Assembly: GCF_963506605.1 (NCBI RefSeq)
Contig: NC_083288.1
Location: forward strand, 41,664,001-41,728,000
Direction: 5' to 3'
From: Zootoca vivipara
Lineage: Eukaryota
Length of the DNA: 64,000 nucleotides
Both the position numbers and the translations under genes were made by a program. Within the stretch, counting starts at the first letter, position 1. The number at the start of each line of letters is the position of its first letter. Below, piece by piece: positions 11,882 to 24,768 of the stretch. The notes beneath the pieces were generated by a model, which did not search any database, had not been told where the DNA came from, and saw nothing but the letters and a program-made list of their open reading frames with translations.

Positions 11882-12783
11882 TTAACTCTTTCTTATGGTA
11901 AGCTGTCCCCTGCTGTTTAACTCTGGCCTCAGCAAAATGATATAACATTTGGGGAAGAAGATGCAGCCCAGTAACCCAAAGCTAGAGGCCAAAATAGAAA
12001 AGATCTCCACAGCCACCATGTACTTTCCCTTGGTGCTCAGGTAGGTTGGAACAAAGGACAGCCACACACTGCAAAAAACCAACATGCTGAAGGTGATAAA
12101 CTTGGCTTCATTAAAACTGTCTGGTAACTTCCTAGCTAGGAAAGCCACAGTGAAACTGATCATGGCCAGCATTCCCATGAAGCCTAGGACACAGTAGAAC
12201 ATGGCGACTGATCCTTCATTACATTCCAGTACAATTTCTTTAGTCACAGAATGCATATCCAATTCTGGGAATGGGGGAGATGTTGCCAGCCACAAACTAC
12301 AAAGAATGGCTTGAATCAGGGAACAGAAAAGAACAATGGAGGTGGCTTGTTGTTTCCCCACCCATCTCCTCTTTCTGGACCCTGGCTTGGTAGCCATGAA
12401 AGCTAGAAGCACTATAGTTGTTTTTGCTAAGATGCAAGACACTGCTACTGAGAAGATCACTCCAAAAGCAGTTTGTTGAAGGAGGCAGGTTATTTTTGTG
12501 GGCTGGCCAATGAAGAGCAAAGGACAAAGGAAGGAGAGAAGGAGGGCTAGGAGGAGAACATAGGTGAGGGTCCAATTGTTGGCTTTCACGATGGGAGTAT
12601 CTTTGTGCTTGATGAAGATCCTAAGCACCAAAGCTGTAATGAATGTCAATAAAAGAGCAAAAGTGGCCAAACTGATCCCCAAAGGTTCATCATAAGATAG
12701 GAAGCTTATATATTTTGGAAGACATATATGCTGACCATTGTTTGGGTACTGATCTTCTGGACATTGAAAACAGTCATCCATGT
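11882..12783 (-). CDS. V2R gene B exon 6 (7TM)
   Basis: 902 bp after tttcag acceptor; [30 protein letters not shown]. Confidence 0.97.
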
Positions 12784-13283
12784 CTGAAAATAAAAAACAA
12801 AAACAAAGACTTTTAGAGTTCATTGGTGGTAGGGGGAAAGGCTTCCATAGCATTTTATTTTATATCCCACTTTTTTTACTCGACTCTTCAAAGCAGTCAA
12901 CAACATTTAGAAAACACAGCAGACGACAAAGCAAAACAACCAGCCTCTTGAACCAGCAGCAGGCACCAGATGTTTCTTACTTCAGTTAGCCCTGTCTTTA
13001 GCGAACTGAACCAGGCCCTGATGTGGTCTTTGCTTGTCTCCTTTTGCTCTGTTATTCCTTCCCAAAAGGCAAGTGTCTGTTGGCTCTCATAGACTAGGCC
13101 ACATTGCTCCCCTCACATCTGACCATCTCTGATTCAGTGTCATATTTGTGGAAATAATGCAAATAGCTGCACACTTTGTAAACTACTTCAGTATTTTGGT
13201 GGAATACAACTAAATTTCAGCAGGCTACTGTCCCTCCCAGTGTTCCTATTTTCCATGGATGTCCCCGCTTTACAGAAGCCATC

Positions 13284-13802
13284 TGTCAGGGTGCCCTCAG
13301 AGCATTCTGAGGTCCCTGACATAATCTACACCCGTGAGACTGAGCTGCATGAGAGGCAGGAGGATGGGATTGAAGATGGAGTTTCTGAAGGGGAAGGAGG
13401 CAACGGAGCGAGCAGGGGTGATTTGTATTCCCAGCCTGGGCGGGGGGAGGACTTGGTCTGGAAGGGAACGGAGAGAGAAGAGACACAGGGGAGAGAACAG
13501 GCAGATTCATAGGCGTTGCAAGGGTTAAGTTCAGGGTCGGAGGCGGAGCGGTTGCATGAATCTCCACACTCAAGGCGTCTTGGGAGACTTCGGGAACACA
13601 GGGAAAATGTTGTAAAGATCCCGCGCTTTCTGTGTTTTAGTCAGAAGAGGAAGTCAGTGGTCCCAACTGACAGCTCCGAGGAAGACTGAATTACGTGGGC
13701 TCCCGCCTGGGTTATATAAACAGCAATAAGTAAGGACTATAAAACCATCGCAGTGTCAAGGCTTCTGTGTGTGTAGAGAGATCAGTTTACACATCCCTAA
13801 CA
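13284..13802 (+). mobile_element. Solo LTR (Gypsy-like), 519 bp
   Basis: TGTCAGGG...CCCTAACA ends; exact 5-bp TSD CCATC; TATATAAA near 13713. Confidence 0.85.
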
Positions 13803-13848
13803 CCATCCTGGTTTCTGATTTGATCCCAGAATGCCCCACTTTTCCTTA

Positions 13849-14207
13849 AAGGTAAAGGTAAAGGGACCCCTGACCATTAGGTCCAGTTGTGACCGACTCT
13901 GGGGTTGTGGCACTCATCTCACATTATTGGCCGAGGGAGCCGGTGTACAGCATCCAGGTCATGTGGCCAGCATGACAAAGCCGCTTCTGGCAAACCAGAG
14001 CAGCGCACGGAAACGCCATTTACCTTCCCGCTGTAGCGCTACCTATTTATCTACTTGCACTTTGACGTGCTTTCGAACTGCTAGGTTGGCAGGAGCTGGG
14101 ACCGAGCAATGGGAGCTCACCCCGTCGCGGGGATTTGAACCGCCGACCTTCTGATTGGCAAGCCCTAGGCTCTGTGGTTTAACCCACAGCGCCACCCACA
14201 TCCCTGA
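13849..14207 (-). mobile_element. Sauria SINE (POM/Squam1-type)
   Basis: tRNA-like head GGTGGCGCTGTGGGTTAAACC..GGTTCAAATCC, tail GGGTCCCTTTACCTTTACCTTT; 13-bp TSD CCACTTTTCCTTA. Confidence 0.9.
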
Positions 14208-14792
14208 CCACTTTTCCTTAGGACACCCCTATTTTCATAGGAGAAATGTTTGGAGGGTCTGGCGGGATGTCCCTATTTTCATCAGAGAAATGTTGGAGGG
14301 TATGGAGTTACCTGCCCCCCCCGAGCCTTCTGTATCGGGGAGGTTTTTTTAATGTCTAATGTTTTATCATGCTTTATATGTTAGAAGCCACCCAGGGTGA
14401 CAACCCAGTCAGATGGATGGGGTATAAATAGTAAAGTTATTATTATTATGGAATAGGACATCCCTATTTTGATCAGAGAAATGTTGGAGGATATGAGACC
14501 AGAATTGGTGTTTCTACCCTTTCTGAACTGCAGCCTGTTACTCAGCTTATTTTAAGGGTGAATCTGTGTGCTTGATGAAGGTGATTAGTGGAATAGAGGA
14601 AAGATTTTGACAAGAAAGTTCTGGCTCATGGTTTAAACAGATCGGAAAGTTTGTTTTGATGACAGAAAGGGCTCTGTTTGCCTGAACCTGGTGCTTGGTA
14701 AGGCTTTATCTGAGCTGAGAGCATATACAGATTAAATAAAACACAAGACCCATTAGTAGCCCAGAGTGACCTCCTTGAACATTTATATACCA

Positions 14793-15141
14793 TAAAGGTA
14801 AAGGGACCCCTGACCATTAGGTCCAGTCGTGACCGACTCTGGGGTTGCGTGCTCATCTCGCATTATTGGCCGAGGGAGCCGGCGTATAGCTTCCAGGTCA
14901 TGTGGCCAGCATGACAAAGCCGCTTTGGGCAAACCAGAGCAGCACATGGAAATGCCATTTACCTTCCCGCTGTAGCGGTTCCTATTTATCTACTTGCATT
15001 TTGATGTGCTTTCGAACTGCTAGGTTGGCAGGAGCTGGGACCAAGCAACGGGAGCTCACCCCGTCACAGGGATTCGAACCGCCGACCTTCTGATCAGCAA
15101 GCCCTAGGCTCAGTGGTTTAGCCCACAGTGCCACCTGGGTC
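14793..15141 (-). mobile_element. Sauria SINE (POM/Squam1-type)
   Basis: Close paralog of the SINE at 13849-14207. Confidence 0.9.
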
Positions 15142-15206
15142 AAAATAATATTTTACATAGTTGGCATACATACATCTATATATAACATTAAAAAACCCTT
15201 TATTAC

Positions 15207-15333
15207 CTTTTTGGTTGGAAATCTTTCCTTCTGGACATGGAAAGCAATCATAGCAACAAAATGGCTTCCCTTCCTTCTTGGTCCGACTGTAACCTGAACT
15301 GCAGTGATCATTGCATATAGAAATGGGCCTGGT
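15207..15333 (-). CDS. V2R gene B exon 5
   Basis: 127 bp, AG/GT; TRPISICNDHCSSGYSRTKKEGKPFCCYDCFPCPEGKISNQK. Confidence 0.95.
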
Positions 15334-16175
15334 CTGTCCATAAATATCAGAATTTAATGTTTTAGGTAATAGCATGAACACCAGAGAGTATTGTGGATGC
15401 AGTGGACTTTTAGAACTTCCACCATGACTTGAGAACTTGGCTCACATTATGGTATGGCTTATTTATATACCACTTTTTAGATCAAAGGCTACAAAACCAG
15501 TTAGCAACATCAATACAGTCATATATATGTTATTAAATCAAATCATAAATCATCATTAAAATCAATAACACATTTTAAAACAAACCAAAGGATTGTACAT
15601 CAAACAACAGAGGTGGCCTTAATTGTCATTAATTGTCAAAGGCCAGGTTAAAGACGTGCATCTTCAGCAATCAATAGTAATTATAAAATGAGGATGTTTG
15701 ACATGCGACTGTGGAGAAGGGGACATATTTTGGGAGCTGCCACAGAGAACATCCTTTCCCAGACTGCTATTCCCCAGGTTTCTGAGCGTGGCAGAAGTAC
15801 CAAGAGGGAACTTTTGCTTATCTTTTTCCCAAAAGAGACAGGCCTTCAGATTTGTAGTGCCTCAATAATCTCATAAATAAATACATTATTTATAAATTAA
15901 TAAATTTATTTACCACTTTTCAGTAACAACACAAAACAGCAACTGTGCAACACAAACACTTAAAATGACTATTTTAATCAAATTCAATACAAAAGTAAAT
16001 GTCTATTGGAAGAAGTGTGTTGTCACCTCTTTAATACTGCCAAGTGCGTAAAGCTGAATACCCACAAGTTGAATGTGTGTAAGTAGCGAGTTCTCTTTCT
16101 CTCCCTCCCTCCCCCCTCTCCCTCCCCCATCTCCCCCTCCATTGCTCTCTCCTCCTCCCTGTATCTGTGTAGATA

Positions 16176-16583
16176 AAAAGGTGAAGGCAAAGGATCCCTG
16201 GATGGTTAACTCCAGTCAAAGGTGACTATGGGGTTGTGGCACTCATCTCTCTTCAGGCTGAGGGAGCCGCCGTTGTCCACAGACAGCTTTCCGGGTAATG
16301 TGTATGTATTTAATGTATTATTATTATTATTTGGCCAGCATCACTAAACCGCTTCTGGTGCAACGGAACACCGTGACAGAAGCAAGAATGCACAAAAATG
16401 CTGTTTACCTTCCTGCCACAGTGGTAGCTATTTATCTACTTGCACTGGTATGCTTTCGAACTGCTAGGTTGGCAGGAGCTGGGACAGAGCAATGGGAGCT
16501 CACCCAATTGCACAGATTTGAACCACTGACGTTTTGATTGGCAAGCCTAAGGGGCTCAGTGGTTTTGACCACAGCGCCACCTG
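16176..16583 (-). mobile_element. Older Sauria SINE copy
   Basis: Diverged match to the two SINEs above (GCTTTCGAACTGCTAGGTTGGCAGGAGCTGGG core). Confidence 0.8.
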
Positions 16584-16678
16584 CTTCAATCAGCTGACAG
16601 TAGTGTTCAATGTGGAGAGATATTGGTACTTACCTATGCTGCCATCACATGCTTAACAAATGAAAAGAGAGAGTGAGA

Positions 16679-16733
16679 GAAGAAGAAGAAGAAGAAGAAG
16701 AAGAAGAAGAAGAAGAAGAAGAAGAAGAAGAAG
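16679..16733. repeat. (GAA)n microsatellite
   Basis: Seen directly. Confidence 0.95.
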
Positions 16734-16955
16734 AGAAGGATCATGCCTAATATTAATTGGGAGTGGGTTCTAGAGTGTTGGTGCTACCGCTCTGAATTAA
16801 TGATTCCTTGTAAGTGTAGAAGGAGGAGCATTAAGTGGAACATGAAAGTCTCACTATATTTACAGAATATTGAGAAACAGCCATTTGATTAACTATCTTC
16901 TTCCTGACCATTGGGCAAGTGGAGGAATGAACCCTGAAAGGTACAGAGAACCCAC

Positions 16956-17183
16956 CTGGTTAAATTGGTTGGGCCATACAATGGCATCCTCATGAATGGT
17001 GAACGATTTTTCCTCGGTACCCACAGGGTCTATCTTCCCAATTTTGACTCTAAGAAAGGACTGATTTGGAAACATGAGCCAGTTTATAATGTCAAAGTCA
17101 GCAATTAATTTGCCATTTTCGTCAAAGTGCACCTTTTCTCCAGCACTGTTGTTAAACGAAATACTTCTGAGAATGTGATGGAG
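16956..17183 (-). CDS. V2R gene B exon 4
   Basis: 228 bp, AG/GT; LHHILRSISFNNSAGEKVHFDENG...DIINW...WPNQFNQ. Confidence 0.95.
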
Positions 17184-17649
17184 CTAAATAATGAAAATAA
17201 GAAGGGAGATTTATATATATATTCAAGCTATGCTATCATACGATGTGGTGAAAATACATGCAACAGGAAGGCTCAGGATTATGATCGCTTGAAAGCTTTG
17301 TGCAAGCTAATGTTAGAAACAGCAAAAGGTCACATAAAATCCTACATCATGGAATATTGGTCACATCTGCACCACTACTTTAACTTTCACTGTTTTGGCT
17401 TACACTAAAGAACCTTGCACATTGTAGGCTTATCAACAGAGGTTGATTTTTTCATCAAGAGACCTCTACTACCTTTAAAAGACCACAATCCTCATTGTTT
17501 AAGTCTGTGGTATGGATGTATCTATTGTGGAGTGAGATATCACGACTGCCAACCATATGGTTGGCAGCCCTGTTGCTGCTTCCGGTATTTGCAAAGCTGC
17601 AAGGAAAAGGGGCAGTGATACCCTCGTCACCTTCTCCAGTAAGGCACCT

Positions 17650-17840
17650 GGGGAAGGGCATTGGCTCACTGGTGACTCATGCTTTAAATGCAGAAGGTTC
17701 CAGGTTCAATCCCCGACCTTTCCATGTAGGGCTGGGAAAGGCTTTTGCCTGAAATACTGGGGAGTTGCGGCCAGTCAGTGTAGACAATACTGATCAACAT
17801 GGACCAGAGTTCTCTACTTGGTATAAAGCAGCTTTCTATG
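17650..17840 (+). mobile_element. tRNA-derived SINE, Squam3-like
   Basis: A/B-box-like TGGCTCACTGG...GGTTCAATCCC followed by GCCAGTCAGTGTAGACAATACTGA...GCAGCTTTCTATG tail. Confidence 0.7.
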
Positions 17841-19702
17841 CAATGTGAGACACTCTGAAGAAATATTTGATACCCTAGCCCCAACTTGGTTATTTATTTT
17901 GTTTTGCTTTTAAAAACATATTTCAAGCCCACTCTACACTTAGAAATCCTAGAGTGAAGTGCAATACATAATCAGACCTAAATGATACAGCTAAATAAAA
18001 CATCAACAATAGAAGTCACACGGATTTAATATGTCAGGCATTTTAATCTCCACCAAAGAACAGATGAACTTAAAACTAACCAAAGTTTTGGTACCAGTTC
18101 CGGACATGAGATATGAGTGCCTCCCAAGAGATTGGCCCCCCACTCGTGCCAGTAATTCAGGGTTAATATGAGGGTAATTAGCCCTGCTGACTCCCCCAGG
18201 GTAGAGGGGGGGGCTGTGTCACCCACAGATTGTCCGTTATCTACAATCCACATCAAGATAGGGGGCAAGGACACTGGGTGAACCAACTCACGAATTGGAA
18301 ACTCTCCAGAGTCAGTCTTACGAGCCAAGGATCCCTGTTTCTAAAAATTATTAAAATTCGAACTAAGAAATAGGTGTGTTCTGGAAAGAAGGAGATAAAA
18401 AAGATCTGCTAAATGAACCAGTCACTTGATGTCAAGGTTGGGATTTGAAAACGACTCCTATTGTTGTGTTTTCATTAATGTGAGGTGAGCGGTTAATTTT
18501 CCTTCTATATACCTACATCTGCTGTTATATGCCGAACCTCACCAAGAAAGAACTAATTATTTAAATGGAAGGCAGGAGGACTTTTAATCTTAACTCACTA
18601 TTTGGCTGTGCAGTCCCTGTGGTATGTTTTAATTAGACTTAGCAAAAGATGAAGGAGCTGAGAAAATGGTGTCTGTTGGTGTGGCACAGAAGAGAAAGAA
18701 ACGAACTCCACCCCCTTTCGAGTGAGTTGAAAATACCATTTGGATTTTAACTTGGGGAAAAATTCATTCAAGTGAAGGTTAAGCTAGGATCTGGCTGCCC
18801 CTCCGGGGGGGGGGGGGGCTGGGGGGCAGGTTTGGTTTCTGGAAAAGTTGATCAATCACCAAATGATTGCAGACTGTGAAATTTACCCTATGATACTGAT
18901 ACTAATTTTCTTCAAAAGACTTTGGAATAACAGCTTGTTAAACAACTGAGAGTTGGAAAACAGCCCAGATCTGGAGACAGGATGGTGGAAAGGAAGGGGG
19001 GGGGTCTGTGCTGAAAGGAAAAAAAGGAAAAGGAAAAAGAACTTATTGAGGGACAACAAGGGCTCAATACGATTCAGGAGTCATAAGCCGGCGACTGTGG
19101 AGATATGATAATAGGTTAAGATAAGAATTGGGAAATTGGGAAAACAACAGAGAAAGGGGGGGGGCATCTCTCCTGACATCCAGAACATGGGAAACCTTGT
19201 TGAAATTATTTTATGCAGATTGTATAATTGGTGGCAAGATTCAATCTGGTTTGTTATTAATTTAAATGTTTTTAATTGAAAATGAATAAAAATTATTTAC
19301 CAAAAAACAAAACAAAAACAAAACCTAACCAAAGTTTTAATCAAATAAATGATGCTACCATCTTCTCCCATCCTCCTCAAGGAATGAATTACATACAGAG
19401 CAGCACAATGTTTTGCAACTCCCTCCACAAAACAAAACAAAAAAAGCACAGCTGCACCTGCTACCTTGATTGTGAAGGGATGGAAAAGAATTATTTGACA
19501 AACTGATAGGACTTCTGTTAATCTCTGCTGTGGAGGCAAAATAAAAGGCTTGAAGTATGTTTTTCTATGAGATTAACTTTTTAAAATTTTTCTATGAGAT
19601 AACTTTCTTGTTAATCTCATGGAAGGTTGAGAAAACTCGCCCATTATTCTTGCACCAAAAGATACGTAGGTATCTTCAGCTTCCATCTGATCAGGACATT
19701 AC

Positions 19703-20563
19703 CTGCCATGGTTGTGGATTTGGAAGCTCCCATCTTTCTCCCTCTGCCATTCCCCTCTGCTTGAATTGGGATGAATGTCTGATGTGCAAAGCATGTGCCA
19801 CTGCATAGACTGCATTGTAGATGTTGTAGCTATGGGCAGTCATTCTCATTTCAAAAACAGACACAGGAAGTGCCTCCATCTTCTCCTCCCCAGTGCAAAT
19901 TTGCCTACCTATATTATCTGTCACAGAACTTGGGAATGAACATTCAAATGACTCTTCCCAGAAGTCCTTGATAAAACCATCTTCTTTTTCTGCGCTTGGG
20001 TTCTTGATCTGAAGGAACTTCTGGAAAGCTAACAGATCCACTGAGTGAACTGCAAGGGACAGAGAACCATGAAGGAAACTTATGTCCCAATTTCTTTGAA
20101 ATGGAAATGATGTGATGTCCATCTGGGCTGTCATGAACCAGACTTTACCCTTGGTCCTCATTGGTTGATGCTCAAAGTTTAAAACCTGGGGCACCATTTT
20201 CAATGCCATCATGGAATGAATTTCTCCATGTACAACCACAACATTGGTAGTGCTTCCCATAATAACACTGATAGTGTGAAAGCCTTCCTTCACCATGTCC
20301 GTGACACCACTGGAAGATGTTAACTTTGGGAATGTTTCTATGAAGTCAAAGCAGATGCCACTCTGGGAAAACATTGGAAGTACATTCTCTATAAAACCTT
20401 CTGTATTTTCCCTATCTTGAGAAACCACTCCAATCCATGTCCACTGGAAATGCAGCAATAACTGGATAATTCCTCTATATTGATGGTCCCCATTTGGGAA
20501 CATCTGGTGGAAGAAAACTCCTTGAGACTTTTTATTCATGACTGGGGAAGAGCCATATATGAG
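19703..20563 (-). CDS. V2R gene B exon 3
   Basis: 861 bp, AG/GT; LLLHFQWTWIG, FIKDFWEESFEC, CTGEEK, SYNIYNAVYAVAHALH. Confidence 0.96.
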
Positions 20564-21071
20564 CTAAGTTTTTAAAAAAAATAAAAATAAAAAAGAAAGA
20601 TGAGAAGAATGGTTTTCAATATGAAACAATTACTTGTGTGTACTTTTGTTTTCTTTCTTCTGCTTATTTCTGGCCAGGACCATAATGGTTAAGTAGATCA
20701 AGTAGATCCTGCAGACTGCAGGATTGAATTTTCTGTTCACCTACTGGAGTCTACTTTCCCTGTGCATTTCCTGCAAAGAACACACTGAGGAAGCAGGCCC
20801 CTGCAACTAGCAGGATTGAAACCTCAACTCACCAGATGCTCAGCCTAGGGTATATAATTGCTCAGTTTTAGAGTGTGCTTCAATCCACTGCTTTGTACAG
20901 CCACGTGAACACAAATCTTATTCTTCCTACCAAGACCGTGTCCCAACAGCCCCAGATCACTCCTGCAGACCAGACCGAATCTGGGACTGTTTCTGCTTAA
21001 CTCATCTAGTTTCACCCAAATTTGTCCAATTCAGGATTTGGGCTCTGGCTAAATCTGACTCATCTGTGTGT

Positions 21072-21410
21072 TAGGAATGAGAGGATCTGTCAATATTTCT
21101 CTTAAATTTCTTATTTAACCACATCAATTAGAGTTTTTTTAAGCCTCAGGAAAATTTCTCATAAAATACATAACTTGTATGCAAATTTTGCCTAATATGC
21201 ACATTTTTGCAAAGCAATAATCACTGATACAATGCATTTTAAGGATATTTTTACTAACATGTATTTTTAATGCAGAGTTTACCTTAATCTGTGCATTTTT
21301 GGACACATTATTTGACTGGAGAACTGCTTTGCAAAATCCAGAGAAGTGGGAAATTCAAAGAATGGATGCATTTCATGTATTGCTTCTGAAAGCGTGAATT
21401 CAATGAAATT
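21072..21410. repeat. Old AT-rich interspersed repeat (possible hAT-like MITE)
   Basis: Recurrent TGCATTTT / GCAAA..TAATAT motifs recognised by eye only; boundaries approximate. Confidence 0.35.
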
Positions 21411-21436
21411 CACGTGTGAATGTATTTAGATCTTAC

Positions 21437-21728
21437 TTGTGGTATCTTGTAGGTAGACAGGATGGGTGTCATGTGAAGACAGACATTAGAATTAGGTCCC
21501 CCAATGACTGCTATTGGAGTGCTCTCAGCATCACATTTATAGTTAGGAATGACCCTGGTCCTTCTGAAGAGAAGCTCCATTGAGGCTTCATTGGTCCAGC
21601 TTGCGCTGAAATGGCTGTTATAAATGTGGAAGCCCAGGGTGACGTTGGGCAAGATCTGGGGAGTTCCATTGATCTCCTTTACAGCAAATGCCAAGGCCAG
21701 GATGTGCTGGTAGAGGTGAGTCAGCACC
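21437..21728 (-). CDS. V2R gene B exon 2
   Basis: 292 bp, AG/GT; [33 protein letters not shown]...PNYKC...YKIPQ. Confidence 0.96.
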
Positions 21729-22565
21729 CTGTATTGAGAGTTACATGCTGCATCAAAGGTCATCTGCTTCAGATCATAACATTGACTGCTTTTCAGTTCA
21801 GTATCCAGTTCAAATGTTGTACAAAACCAGGTTGTAATCTCACATTTCACAGGCGTGTAAAAGTAAACTGGCTCATGAATCTATGACCTCTCTTAAAACC
21901 ACCTCAACTTCCAGGACTTCATAGGCAGTCTCTTGGTATATCTACAGAAGACATAATTCAGTAAGGTGTTTTTATTTATTCTCTCCTCTAGGGAATCTGG
22001 ATGAGATGTTTTGTATGTTTAATATCTGCTGTTCAAATGTTATTTGTAGTGTGCATGTTCTTCATTCACACAGAATATCCTCCGTAATAAGCAAATAGTG
22101 TTTTTGTTTGGGTTTATGTTAGAAGGGGCTAAAAAATACATAGGGTTACAGCAGCCACTATGGAGAAATTATCTTAATGCCCCAGTTTTAAGTATATCCT
22201 GTGGATGTGAGCTTAATTTATAATGTAAAATATGTTTCAAGCCTGTTTTGATGCCATGTGGATGTCTGCATGCAAGACTTGACATCTGTACAAGCCGTTG
22301 TCCTGGAAGCTAACATTATATAAATGTTTTTAAATTCTTCAATAAAGTTTGTGTGAATTAAAGAGTATTTGATGTGGCAAAATTAAAACAAATGTTAATT
22401 TATTTTTGTTTGTGGAATGTTTGTTCTTTTTGAAAAAAACAAAGAAACAGATTAATGCAGAAAGATGGGGAAAGAGATTTAGGAGTAAATGCATGCAAAA
22501 GTGAGCAGACCAGACACATTTCATCAGTATATAATATGTTTTTTAAGAAACATTCAACTACTTAC

Positions 22566-22786
22566 ATATGGTCATCTGAAATTTCCTGAGATGGGTGTTT
22601 TTCAAAGGATAGGCTTTCTGAAAATATGTAGATCTGAGAAATAATGCCAGCAATGATGAGGTCTCCTGACTGATAGTATTTGTGAAGAATAGGGGCAGGT
22701 TCTCTGAGGGAACATTGAGGAATATGAAGAAACTTGCACAGCCCCTGCAGTGGCAGTAAGAGCAGCAGCAACCGAAACACTACCAT
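22566..22786 (-). CDS. V2R gene B exon 1 (signal peptide)
   Basis: MVVFRLLLLLLPL leader; HKYYQSGDLIIAGI; donor gtaag; 221 bp, phase 2. Confidence 0.93.
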
Positions 22787-22994
22787 CTTGCAAGGGATTA
22801 TTCATTTAGGCACAAGTTCACCTCTTCAAGTGATTGTGAGCAGTTGAGACTAACTTGAATGATGACTCACTTAGCGGATTCAAAGCCATACTGATGAGCC
22901 TCTGTATATCTATAGACCCAACCATGTATACCTCATGGTTATTAATAAGACCTTGCAGTCTTAGTTTCATCATTCTGCATGTGGACAAAAGAGG

Positions 22995-23004
22995 TCCCTA
23001 GGGA
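22995..23004. promoter_or_regulatory. Perfect O/E (EBF/Olf-1) palindrome TCCCTAGGGA upstream of gene B
   Basis: About 210 bp upstream of the ATG, with TAATTA and TAATCA homeodomain-like cores at about 23036-23056. Confidence 0.5.
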
Positions 23005-23248
23005 AGGGGAGAAGATGTAATTCTGAATAATCTGGTAATTACAGGTGAGGTAATCACTTGCTTTGAATTACAGATTCTGTGTAATATTTTAAGGAAAACA
23101 TGATTATCATATCTCCGCCAAAGTCTTTTCTCAAGTGGGAGAGATAGATGCTAGGTCCCTTCTTCTTTTCAGTGTACTATTGAATTTTCAAAAAAAAATT
23201 AGAAAAATGAAAGACCTGAAAATGAAATGAAAATGAAAAATTAGAAAA

Positions 23249-24044
23249 ATGAAAAACAAGATGAATTTTAACAAGGAGAAATGTAAAGTACTACACTTGG
23301 GCAAAAAAAATGAAAGGCACAAATACAGGATGGGAGACACCTGGCTTGAGAGCAGTACATGTGAAAAGGATCTAGGAGTCTTGGTAGACCACAAACTTGA
23401 CATGAGTCAGCAGTGTGATGCAGCAGCTTAAAAAGCCAATGCAATTCTGGGCTGCATCAATAGGAGTATAGCATCTAGATCAAGGGAAGTAATAGTACCA
23501 CTGTATTCTGCTCTGGTCAGACCTCACCTGGAGTACTGTGTCCAGTTCTGGGCACCACAGTTCAAGAAGGATACTGATGAGCTGGAACGTGTCCAGAAGA
23601 GGGCAACCAAAATGGTCAAAGGCCTGGAAACGATGCCTTATGAGGAACGGCTTAGGGAGCTGGGTATGTTTAGCCTGGAGAAAAGAAGGTTAAGGGGTGA
23701 TATGATAGCCATGTTCAAATATATAAAAGGATGTCATATAGAGGAGGGAGAAAGGTTGTTTTCTGCTGCTCCAGAGAAGCGGACACGGAGCAACGGATTC
23801 AAACTACAAGAAAGAAGATTCCACCTAAACATTAGGAAGAACTTCCTGACAGTAAGAGCTGTTCGGCAGTGGAATTTGCTGCCAAGGAGTGTGGTGGAGT
23901 CTTCTTCTTTGGAGGTCTTTAAGCAGAGGTTTGACAGCCATATGTCAAGATTGCTTTGATGGTGTTTCCTGCTTGGCAGGGGGTTGGACTGGATGGCCCT
24001 GGTTGTCTCTTCCAACTCTATGATTCTATGATTCTATGATTCTA
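23249..24044 (+). mobile_element. Young CR1 LINE, 5'-truncated
   Basis: RT C-terminus ([12 protein letters not shown]...[26 protein letters not shown]) and (ATTCTATG)n tail. Confidence 0.93.
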
Positions 24045-24768
24045 CCTTAAGTCAATAATAATTATAAATTAAAACTATCGGGCTTCCTTGTTGCTATATT
24101 TCTGTCTAGCTTAGGTTAGGGCTTCTACCTGGCTTTCAGCATGTTTCCCTGCAAATTCCTTGCAAATTCCATCTAGTTATATAGAAACGGAAACTATTAT
24201 AGACATTTTTAGAGTCCCCATTATAGTCAAGGCAGCCAAAGAAATGAAATTTGGACCCTAATAGCGAATCAAACAGAATCATCCAGGTAGGCACATTCTC
24301 TGGCCCTGTGACAATGGTGAAGATAACTCAGACACATACTAGAGTTGGGTGAAATCAGTCCAAATCTTTATTGACTACTGCATGGCACTAGGGCAAGGAT
24401 CCAGTTCCGCATTCCACCAGCCCATGCTGATGTCATGACACTCTTTTGGAGTTGAGAAATACCCAACTCCCTTCCCAGGAGTTACCCAGTGTTCAGCCCT
24501 GGTGTGGTGTAAGCTACACATCCAGGAATGTGCTTGGCAACTGGAGTGAGATATTCTCCATCCTGAGCTCCAGACATTTTTTTCCAGCCAACTTAGTTTT
24601 GTTTCTCAAAGAAAAAAACTGGACAGGGAGAATAGATACACATTAAATTTGCATTTAAGATTTAGTTTCATGTTACTTGCATGTCAGTGGAAAGTCCAAG
24701 TTGACCATCTCCACTGGCTGCTGTATTGGCTTTGGGGGACAGTGTTGACAAATAGACGAATTCATTCT

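Larger units (their letters stand above)
13228..14495. mobile_element. hAT-like non-autonomous element hosting a solo LTR and a SINE
   Basis: Repeated GTCCCTATTTT..AGAGAAATGTTGGAGGGTATG subterminal motifs. The host sequence rejoins when the nested inserts are removed. Left end is approximate. Confidence 0.55.

Noticed and set aside
13849-14207. tRNA-like A/B boxes here and at 17650
   Set aside because: These are SINE heads attached to SINE bodies, not tRNA genes.
18020-19295. Possible decayed L1 ORF2 and 3' tail in B intron 3
   Set aside because: Too degenerate to assign or bound by eye; needs RepeatMasker.
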